From the IMG/VR virus record IMGVR_UViG_3300046170_000408: a stretch of 57,799 nucleotides of DNA. One strand, written 5' to 3'. The DNA is from an uncultured virus (IMG/VR IMGVR_UViG_3300046170_000408) (Duplodnaviria > Heunggongvirae > Uroviricota > Caudoviricetes). Each line of letters begins with the position of its first letter. The stretch's first letter is position 1. The notes beneath the pieces were generated by a model. It was not told the origin of the DNA and did not search any database. It saw only the letters and a list, made by a program, of their open reading frames with translations. Shown here one piece after another: positions 18,449-26,190 of this stretch. The position numbers and the translations under genes are program-made.

Positions 18449-19526
18449 CTATACGTACCATAGATCTAATTCGCTTGATGTGAAATACTTTTCTATTTGC
18501 TTCCATGCATCTGATTTTTGCTGGTAGCATACTTTCACCAAGTCGTTTAGGTCCTTGATATTATATGTATCTAGCTTAAAATCAGTAAGAAATTTAGACC
18601 ACATAAATACTGGTCTACCCTTCTTTAGCTTCTCTGCCATTTTCTTTTTACCTGTAGTATCGTTATCAAACATATAACGTACTGTTGCCATCTCATCAAA
18701 TTCTTCTGTCGATCGACCGGCAGTGGCCAATGCTAATGAGTTGTGCATAAACTTTGCGTCAAGTGGTCCTTCAAATAGAGTTACTGGTTGTTGGAAATTA
18801 ACCTGCATAATACCAAATAGTGTTGATGCCTTTGCAAGTTTATTTAATTCCTCTTGTGGTAACTCAAGTGGTTTATTCCACTCTTCATAGAGTTTAGGTA
18901 GATCATAAGTCAAATACCTTGACCCATAGCCTTTCATTCGTCTGGATTGTGCGCCGATAATTTTACCTTCCATTCCCTTATTTAAAATCCAAAGGCGATT
19001 ACCTTTAGGGGAAAATAAGAACTCATCAGCTTTATTGTGTAACAGCCTATCTTTAAGCTGAAACCATATCCAGTCTCCTGGTTCAATTTTTTTAGCGCCA
19101 AATATCTGTTTAAACTCTGCTACAGTTAGTGCCTTCTCTTGGACGCTAGCAAGTGAGGCGTTTTGTAATACTTGTTCTTGGACTAACCTGAGTCTTATTG
19201 GCTTTAATATAGTCAATAATAGTAAATGAGTCGCCTGAATTAGGCATTCTCACTTGATGGTCTTTTAAGAACGTGTGTAAATTGGTGTGGTGTGAACAGT
19301 TGTAGCAATGATACTGTAAAGTGTCCCAATACATGTTACCTCTCTTCTTGGTATCATCTTCATGGGAGTCACCACAATAAGGACACGCCAGGGTTATACG
19401 CCCTGGCATGTCTTTAAGTAGTTGCTTGTTAGGAGTAGTATGATGTTCTACACAAACTTGTTTTAGTGCGACTTTAATTCTACTCTTAAGCTCCTCAGTT
19501 ATTTGTATATTAGAGGTTGAGGTCAT
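18449..19526 (-). CDS. DNA primase (T4 gp61-like; 358 aa after removing one base near 19180)
   Basis: Zn ribbon 'CPYCGDS...CYNC'; TOPRIM 'FEGPLDA', 'FDNDTTG', 'KDLND'; the two ORFs join in the +1 frame. Confidence 0.9.
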
Positions 19527-20436
19527 TCAAGAAAGAATCTAAATCATCATCCGTGTTTGCCTTCGCTGGTTCTTCAGTCTTAGTTGCTGTTGCTGTTGCA
19601 GCTGCTACTGGAGTTGCTTCTCTCTGTGGCTCTGCCTTTGGAGCAGTTTTTGTAGCCGGAGTTGAAGTTACCTCTGCGATAGAATCACCTGGATTTAGAT
19701 ACATTCTTAGAACGTTATTTACGAATGCTCTTGTGTCTTCATCCCAAGCTTTGTAGTCATAGCCTGCAAGTGAAGGAGCGCCTTCTAGTTCTGCCTTAAT
19801 AGCTGTCATACTATCTTGAGATCTTTCCGCTGGAGTGTCTCCCATTACGATAGCTGATTTGTTAGCTGAGAATTTCGACTTATCATAGTTATTATATTCA
19901 CCTTGTCTTGTGATAACTAACTCAAAGTTCTTACCTTCGAAAAGGTCGAATACTTGTGTTGGCTCACCGAAATCAGGCTTCAATTCTGAGTCGATTTTCT
20001 CTTTGATCTTGTAACCAAACTTGAATACTTTGTAAGTACCCTCTAGTTCTGGGTTTTGTGGATCTTTAATAATTTTGATAAGAGAATAATACTGTTGGCG
20101 TCTCTTTAGTTTCTCAGAAGACTTTCTGTCTACTGCTGAATCTGACTTTCTCAATTTCCAGAATACATCTGCAATTGGACAGTGCTCGCCAATAGTTTGT
20201 GGGGAGTCCACTAGTTTTCCATCTCCATTAGAGTTAGTTAACCAGTGTACGTACTTTTGAATCAGAGATTTTCTTGGGTTCTCTGGGTTTGGAACAAAAC
20301 GCACTAGTGCTTTGTAAGTTCCGTCTTTGCCGTCATCGGCAGTTGGTTTGTAAACTTCGTTTACGGTTGTTCTTTCTGGCTGATGCGTTTCTACGTCTTC
20401 TACGCCAAGATTAAAAATGTCAAATGAATCACTCAT
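19510..20436 (-). CDS. Single-stranded DNA-binding protein (T4 gp32-like)
   Basis: 'ALVRFVP', 'CPI', 'IIKDPQNPELEG..KVFKFGYKI', 'YDKSKF'; acidic tail 'DDDLDSFLNDL'. Confidence 0.92.
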   Translation of the reverse strand: MSDSFDIFNLGVEDVETHQPERTTVNEVYKPTADDGKDGTYKALVRFVPNPENPRKSLIQKYVHWLTNSNGDGKLVDSPQTIGEHCPIADVFWKLRKSDSAVDRKSSEKLKRRQQYYSLIKIIKDPQNPELEGTYKVFKFGYKIKEKIDSELKPDFGEPTQVFDLFEGKNFELVITRQGEYNNYDKSKFSANKSAIVMGDTPAERSQDSMTAIKAELEGAPSLAGYDYKAWDEDTRAFVNNVLRMYLNPGDSIAEVTSTPATKTAPKAEPQREATPVAAATATATKTEEPAKANTDDDLDSFLNDLNL

Positions 20437-20498
20437 AATACTTAAAATTGTTTAAAATGTTTATTACTTTGAAATTACTTTAATGTTCTTTCAGTTCC

Positions 20499-20527
20499 TT
20501 ATAGTTGTACAATATACAATAGTTTCA
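20499..20527 (-). promoter_or_regulatory. Putative middle-type promoter TGAAAC-N17-CTATAA upstream of the gp32-like gene
   Basis: Motif shared with the 1751 and 5438 sites. Confidence 0.6.
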
Positions 20528-20719
20528 ATCTAGTGTTAAATAAGCTGGATTGTACCCAGACCTCGGGTCTGTAGGTAATTCCTTCCATCTGCCATCCTCT
20601 TGCTTAATCAGCCCTGATTTGTGTAGTAAGTCCTCACGTTCTTTCGAAGTGATTGCGTTAGCTTCCACCATTTGTTTTAGGATTTCGCTGAGACGAAAGT
20701 AGTCCGCTGTTATCAACAT
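20525..20719 (-). CDS. Hypothetical protein
   Basis: 64-aa ORF preceded by overlapping GATATATA and AGAAAC-N16-ATATAA motifs (20750-20777). Confidence 0.65.
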   Translation of the reverse strand: MLITADYFRLSEILKQMVEANAITSKEREDLLHKSGLIKQEDGRWKELPTDPRSGYNPAYLTLD

Positions 20720-20801
20720 GTCAATTAGTACTTTTGTTTATTATACATATTATATATCTAAATTTAGATTTGTTTCTTCATAATATGTTAATAACTTTTT
20801 T

Positions 20802-20859
20802 ACAAAATAATTGCGTCAGAATTTTTTTATGTCAATTATTTTTCGTATATTAGTACTGT
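20802..20859 (+). promoter_or_regulatory. 58-bp early-promoter cassette, copy 1
   Basis: Near-identical to 52909..52966; TATATTAG resembles the Bacteroidota -7 element TAnnTTTG; 10-bp inverted repeat AAAATAATTG/CAATTATTTT. Confidence 0.75.
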
Positions 20860-20877
20860 AATTAAAAACTAATAAAC

Positions 20878-21210
20878 ATGAGTAATCCACACTACGAATA
20901 CCAATTAAAATTAGACGCTATGAAGAAACATACTAAATTGTCGTCGAGAAACAAAACGCTTCTTTTAATGGGGGCTAAGACCACTGGAAGCTTTCTAGAG
21001 GGTTATTATTATATAGAGGAAAGTTTATACATCGATGAGGCTGCCTCGCTCCATTCGTTCTGTACGTGGATTGACGACCATATTGGTGGCGCAGGTCCAG
21101 CAAACATTGATATGCTCTGGTTAGGGTTTAAATATCCTGAAGTAGATAGGTATTCTGAAGCATGCGTCGAAATTAAAAAAGAAATGGACAAAATTAAATC
21201 ATACTGCTAA
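20878..21210 (+). CDS. Hypothetical early protein
   Basis: 110-aa ORF directly behind the promoter cassette, with an A-rich leader. Confidence 0.8.
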   Translation: MSNPHYEYQLKLDAMKKHTKLSSRNKTLLLMGAKTTGSFLEGYYYIEESLYIDEAASLHSFCTWIDDHIGGAGPANIDMLWLGFKYPEVDRYSEACVEIKKEMDKIKSYC

Positions 21211-21211
21211 T

Positions 21212-21358
21212 ATGAAAGATTTTAAATGTGTAATTTGCGAGAAGACTATTAAAGACCAATACGGTAACAATCCAGACCCAATAAAAACTAGGGGTAAATG
21301 TTGTGACTCATGTAACTGGAAGGTTGTAATTCCTGCCAGGATGGTTTACTACTCTTAA
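21212..21358 (+). CDS. Small Zn-finger-like protein (48 aa)
   Basis: MKDFKCVICEK...GNNPDP...KCCDSCNWKVVIPAR: CxxC and CCxxC; below the ORF-track cutoff. Confidence 0.75.
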   Translation: MKDFKCVICEKTIKDQYGNNPDPIKTRGKCCDSCNWKVVIPARMVYYS

Positions 21359-21391
21359 CTATAATCAACAACTAAATACAGGAGGTGTCCT

Positions 21392-21577
21392 ATGTCTTGG
21401 GACCACAGACCTTGGGAAATGCAATCACGCCAACGCTATGAAATGGAGTGGGAAAGGCGTGAGTTTAAACGGCTTGAAATAGCTGAAGAACTAAGACTTG
21501 AAAAAAAGTTGAATAAAATTGAAACCTTTTCTGGGAACTCGCATATAAGGCATGTCTTTAAGGCCAAAGAAAGATAA
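21392..21577 (+). CDS. Small hypothetical protein
   Basis: 61-aa ORF preceded by AGGAGGT at 21380-21386. Confidence 0.6.
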   Translation: MSWDHRPWEMQSRQRYEMEWERREFKRLEIAEELRLEKKLNKIETFSGNSHIRHVFKAKER

Positions 21578-21589
21578 GTACCATTCCAG

Positions 21590-21627
21590 GGCTGAGGGCA
21601 GAGACTAGGCTGAAGGCAGAGATTAGG
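21590..21627 (+). repeat. 18-bp imperfect tandem repeat in a GC/purine-rich intergenic patch
   Basis: GGCTGAGGGCAGAGACTA / GGCTGAAGGCAGAGATTA / GG (16 of 18 identical). Confidence 0.75.
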
Positions 21628-21663
21628 ACAGTTTTGGAGTCCCGCGGTTTGAAGCAGATTTGG

Positions 21664-22339
21664 TTAGTCTGGCAAATTTTCCCCAAGTTGCTGAAGCAAA
21701 TAATGATTAAGGAACCAGGCATCGACTAGATCATCAAATGGTTTCGGGACTTTCTTAACCTCATCACCTATATCATTTACACAATACTTAAATAAAGACG
21801 TCTTAGCTAACTCTGGACTATCTACTATATTATTTAAGAAGGCAACCCAAAGAGCTAACTTATTCATATTCCCTTTACCAGCATGTTTCTTAATTGTAGT
21901 AGGTGCAACAGTCAGTAAATTTTTGACCTCGAGTTGATTTATCATTTGTTCTTTAAGGAATCGCAGCTCCTGCTGCCATGTCGATCATATTATTAGTTCC
22001 CATTTTAGAACCGTATGATGTACCTTCGAATGCTATATGATAATCTTGTTTCGTCTTAGTTATATTGACGATTAGGTTAATAATATCGTCGGCTGTCTTA
22101 ATGTATCTCTTGATTTTTGCGAACTCGTTCTTAGAGTAATCTCCAACTGAAGATTTCCAATCGGGTTGATGAACTAGCGTCACATCAGAGAAAGTACTTA
22201 TTTCTTCTTGACGTTTTTGCTCGGCCTTTGTACCAGAGCCAGCTTTAATATATGAGATAAATTGATATTCATTCGTGTCAGATTGCCAGACACAAATACC
22301 AGGGGAATTAAGCGAGAAGTCAACAGTAACTAAATTCAA
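21664..22339 (-). CDS. RuvC-like Holliday junction resolvase/RNase H-fold nuclease (224 aa after removing one base near 21958)
   Basis: 'VTVDFSLNSPG', 'IAFEGTSYGS', 'APTTIKKHAGKGNMNK', 'DDLVDAW'; likely TTG start at 22339; ORFs join as ...AAGAAI|LKEQMINQL. Confidence 0.8.
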
Positions 22340-22340
22340 A

Positions 22341-22712
22341 TTAGAATCTTTTACCCATCGCAGCACCAAGAGCGGCACCGACTAATCTGGAGGTTAATAG
22401 ATCGTAGAATATACCTTTTTGAATACCTAGTACTTTAGCTAACATCTTACCGATAGATTTTCCTAAGGCAAAACCGGTTAAACCACCGATAATAGAACCT
22501 AAAAGACCCTCTTCAACTAGGTCTTCTTCTAATCTGTCTAAATCAAATTCACCAGTCTCTTCATTTAAGTATTGTTTTACAAACTCTTCTAGAGCTTGGT
22601 CAACTTTTTCCTCTAATTCAGGAGTCCACTCAGACTGTAGGCCTTCTGTTAATAGAGCCATATCAGTTTCTGTGAGTTGTTGTTCAACTAAGTAATCATT
22701 AAATGTTTTCAT
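22341..22712 (-). CDS. Probable virion protein: capsid-targeting N-terminus, acidic pro-region, glycine-zipper hydrophobic C-terminus
   Basis: MKTFNDYLVE; 'LVEE-GLLGSIIGGLTGFALG...VGAALGAAMG'; late motif at 22717. Confidence 0.7.
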   Translation of the reverse strand: MKTFNDYLVEQQLTETDMALLTEGLQSEWTPELEEKVDQALEEFVKQYLNEETGEFDLDRLEEDLVEEGLLGSIIGGLTGFALGKSIGKMLAKVLGIQKGIFYDLLTSRLVGAALGAAMGKRF

Positions 22713-22716
22713 AATG

Positions 22717-22724
22717 TATATATC
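22717..22724 (-). promoter_or_regulatory. Putative late promoter GATATATA
   Basis: Recurrent octamer, 4 nt upstream of the start codon. Confidence 0.5.
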
Positions 22725-22726
22725 GT

Positions 22727-23278
22727 TTAATCTATTTCTAATCTTAGGTCGAGTTTATTATAGAAGAATGTACATTCAAATGTACTAAAGTCTGCTACAT
22801 TTTCAGCCATGTTTAGATTTAACTCATTAATTGAGTTCATAATTATTTTATTGAATTCCATATAAGCTACAGAGGCACCTTCCGCATCTAGAATTCTAAG
22901 AGTCATCGGTTCAATATATGGCTCTTTAGTTTGTCTTGCGTAATAATATAGAAGCGTATCCATCATAACCCAATAATTAATAAACCCATCTAATAACTGA
23001 AACGTAACCGTAAATTCTCTAGTTATTGTATTTTGGATTGGAACAGCTCCTCTATGGTATCTTGTTGTTCCATCATTATCGGCTTGCGTAATTGGGTCAA
23101 ACGATATACCAGGAATATTAAGGCCTTGAATAGAGTAATTGACAAAATCAATTGGTTCTGCTAACAGACCGCCTGGCACTTTATTCAAATATGCTCTGTA
23201 CTTCTCAGCCACTTCATCAGGGATAAAGTTTCTTGGGAATCTAAAATCGTATGCGTTATTTCTACTATTTAATACCAT
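22727..23278 (-). CDS. Tail tube-fold protein (gp19/gp3-like)
   Basis: 'IQGLNIPGISF', 'FTVTF', 'MTLRILD' and C-terminal 'FECTFFY' beta pattern of tube-fold proteins. Confidence 0.6.
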   Translation of the reverse strand: MVLNSRNNAYDFRFPRNFIPDEVAEKYRAYLNKVPGGLLAEPIDFVNYSIQGLNIPGISFDPITQADNDGTTRYHRGAVPIQNTITREFTVTFQLLDGFINYWVMMDTLLYYYARQTKEPYIEPMTLRILDAEGASVAYMEFNKIIMNSINELNLNMAENVADFSTFECTFFYNKLDLRLEID

Positions 23279-25374
23279 TAGCTAAGTGTGAATTTACCTT
23301 TTGTTACCATGGTTTCATCTGTGCCATTATCTAAACTAATATAGAATGTCTTAGATTTCATACCTCTAATTGTGTTAGCGTTCTGTTCGTTAATCTTAAA
23401 TAAGACTTCACCTTTACCCATATCAATATCTTTATTATAGACATGGTTAAACTTCAATTTGGTATTACCATCGTTAAAGGTTAATATCACTAGCTCTGCA
23501 TTTTCAAAAGAGATATATTCAAAATCATCACCTCTCTTTTTAGCAATAACAAATTTTACATAAGTTGCGAATGGGGGGATTGAAATACTTAAGTCTCCTT
23601 CATTTACGAACTCTGAAGTTTCTAATTCTTCAACGCTTGCTAATAATTCACTACCAACACCACTACCAGAGCCAGAACCAGAACTTAATCTTTGTAAGTC
23701 TACTCTAGCACTAGATGCAATTACATTATATCTTTCTAAAAAGACTGGTACATATTTTACGGGTCTAGGTAGATTATCAGTAATAAAACCCTCTACTGTT
23801 TTATTAGAAGTTAAACTAGGTAATATATTATAGACTTCTGTCATTATATTAGGACTATCAATCTTTAATCTAGCTAATTTCTTTCCGTATCTAGAAGCTT
23901 GTGAAGTTGTTAAACTTGCTCTCTTTGTAATTTGAGTATTATCTGTTTGATTGTAAATTCTCATAGTTACATCAATTGAGAAGTTTACAGCATTATTTGC
24001 ATTTTGAATCACTGGCCTAAAAGTAATAGGAGTACTAAAATCTTCATATTGAGTAAATGTATTACTTGAAGTTTTAATTTGTGATGTACCAACTTGTTCA
24101 AATACATCAACATCAAATATTACAACAATATCATCTGATGAGGACTGAATTCTACTTAAAATATGTCCCTCAAATCCGGCAATAGAATTATCCTTCTCAC
24201 CGTAAATTTTAAAGTAGTCTCCATCTTCTGCATCTTCTACTGCTACAGTAAAATCAACAAACTCATCTTCTCTAGAAACAGTGAATGAATTCTCTTCTCC
24301 AGTATAAACAAAATCATATCCGTTTAAAGTCTGTAATCTATCTAAAAGTTTAAATGAAATGTTATAGTTAGATAGAGTATTTAAGTCACTTCCATTAATA
24401 GTTCCATCACCATAAAATCTATCTAAGAACTCTTGGTTCTGTCCAACTAATGCTGGAATTTTAATATTAATATATTTAGACCAAAGAGTTTCGCCTAAGA
24501 TAAAAGGCCTAGGGTTTGAAAACTCATAGTTACTTTGATTCAAATAAACTAATTGAGTTAAAAAGTTTTTAACTTGTGTTTGTCTATCAACACTAACTTC
24601 AAATAGGAAACCTTCATAACCTCTAGCATCAAATGAAAAACCAGATCTTAAATGAAGTCTTACTGTATCATATAGAATAAAATTAATATTATCAGTAGCT
24701 TCTTGTTGATAATTCAACATATCATTCTCTCTAGAACCTGTCCACTCTATAGAATTGTTAATGAAATTATGCATCTCATAGTTCCCTGTTGAATCATAAC
24801 CTAATAGTGCATATTTAGTTTTATCATCACCAGGTACATTGACTGCATGGTATCTACCAATTGTTTGGTTAATATCATTTCCTGTTGCTTCATCTGGTGA
24901 AGCAAATAGCGGATTAGCTCTAGTATCTACAATAATCTTACCACCCTTTAAATTAGGGTATGAATATTCTATAGTACCGTTTATTGATGGAGTAAACTCT
25001 CCTAGTTGAGTTATTGCAGAATATGTATAAATACCTAAATCCCCACTAATTGAAAAATCAGCAGGATTAGAAAGAGCACTTAAATCAAATTTGTAAGTTT
25101 TACCATTTTGTAATAGTAAAGTTCTAGCAGCAAAATTTTCTACTGCTAAATAACCAGATATTTCTGTGACGTCAAAGTTTACAACATCACTACCTAACTC
25201 ATTAATTAAATGACGAGTACCGAATGGGTTGCCTTGTTCCACATCTAAGAACTTAACCTCACTACCATTATCATCTACCTCTATTCGAAACTTCTCAGGA
25301 TCGTTTTGGTCGTGGTAAATAAACTCAAGTAGAATGTCTTGGTCTATCCTAAAATATCTTGATGATTGTGCCAT
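23278..25374 (-). CDS. Putative structural (tail/baseplate) protein
   Basis: 698-aa beta-rich ORF within the structural block. Confidence 0.55.
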   Translation of the reverse strand: MAQSSRYFRIDQDILLEFIYHDQNDPEKFRIEVDDNGSEVKFLDVEQGNPFGTRHLINELGSDVVNFDVTEISGYLAVENFAARTLLLQNGKTYKFDLSALSNPADFSISGDLGIYTYSAITQLGEFTPSINGTIEYSYPNLKGGKIIVDTRANPLFASPDEATGNDINQTIGRYHAVNVPGDDKTKYALLGYDSTGNYEMHNFINNSIEWTGSRENDMLNYQQEATDNINFILYDTVRLHLRSGFSFDARGYEGFLFEVSVDRQTQVKNFLTQLVYLNQSNYEFSNPRPFILGETLWSKYINIKIPALVGQNQEFLDRFYGDGTINGSDLNTLSNYNISFKLLDRLQTLNGYDFVYTGEENSFTVSREDEFVDFTVAVEDAEDGDYFKIYGEKDNSIAGFEGHILSRIQSSSDDIVVIFDVDVFEQVGTSQIKTSSNTFTQYEDFSTPITFRPVIQNANNAVNFSIDVTMRIYNQTDNTQITKRASLTTSQASRYGKKLARLKIDSPNIMTEVYNILPSLTSNKTVEGFITDNLPRPVKYVPVFLERYNVIASSARVDLQRLSSGSGSGSGVGSELLASVEELETSEFVNEGDLSISIPPFATYVKFVIAKKRGDDFEYISFENAELVILTFNDGNTKLKFNHVYNKDIDMGKGEVLFKINEQNANTIRGMKSKTFYISLDNGTDETMVTKGKFTLS

Positions 25375-25377
25375 GTT

Positions 25378-26184
25378 TTAAAATTGTAAAAATTTCGGTG
25401 ACCAATATAATCCAACACCTATCGAAGGCCCTGTACTAATTACTTGGTTATTATTTAAGTTAATACCATATCCAACACCAAAGCCAACTAACCATCTAGA
25501 TTTCTTTTGGTCCTGTCTATTTAATCTGCTATTAACTAAGTTTATGTTTTCAATATCTTTAATCTCTAACCCAGGGTAGCTTGTAGATAATTTTAATCTA
25601 TCAGCACCATCTACGTTCTCAATTGCTGCCATTAAGCTTAGAGTTTGTGTTAACTCAAATTTAGTTTCTAATACTTTAAATTGTTCAAATTCATATTTAA
25701 AAGTAGAAAACCCTGTTAATTCTCTAGAGTTACCATTGCCAAAATCTTCAGCAGATGAAAATGTAACTTTAGTAGTTGTCGTGTCTATAGTCTCAGTTGT
25801 AGTAGTTACGTTTAGACTATCTTTAATTTCTAAGTTAGCTGAGATTAACGAGTTAACCTCTTTTAAATCTTTATTTAATGCTAACGCTTTCTGATACTTC
25901 TTCGTTAACTTAGCTTGACTAGATTGCATATTTGATAAATCAAATTCATACGATCTAATCTGAGCAAGCTGATCGCCATTATCATTCCTTAATATTGTAA
26001 CAGAGTCTTGAGCTGCTTTAAAATTATTAAGTTGTCTACCAGCATCTTCTTGTGCTAACTTGACATCTTGTTTTAAATTCTCAATACTATTACACTGTCT
26101 AAGAAATAACATAACGACAAGAGCTCCAGCGATAAATGTCACTAGAGTCTTGTTCGAGAGTATATTTTTTATTTTGTCTTTCAT
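25378..26184 (-). CDS. Membrane-anchored coiled-coil protein, spanin candidate
   Basis: N-terminal TM followed by Cys (LFLRQC), coiled coil, and C-terminal amphipathic beta-hairpin ending in Phe. Confidence 0.55.
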   Translation of the reverse strand: MKDKIKNILSNKTLVTFIAGALVVMLFLRQCNSIENLKQDVKLAQEDAGRQLNNFKAAQDSVTILRNDNGDQLAQIRSYEFDLSNMQSSQAKLTKKYQKALALNKDLKEVNSLISANLEIKDSLNVTTTTETIDTTTTKVTFSSAEDFGNGNSRELTGFSTFKYEFEQFKVLETKFELTQTLSLMAAIENVDGADRLKLSTSYPGLEIKDIENINLVNSRLNRQDQKKSRWLVGFGVGYGINLNNNQVISTGPSIGVGLYWSPKFLQF

Positions 26185-26190
26185 AATTTA

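Noticed and set aside
21578..21663. tRNA in the GC-rich intergenic patch
   Set aside because: No cloverleaf, no GTTC T-loop and no acceptor-stem pairing found by eye.
17818..22339. Introns, inteins or true pseudogenes in uvsY, primase and the RuvC-like gene
   Set aside because: No intervening sequence: removing one base gives full-length proteins with intact motifs and no other decay.
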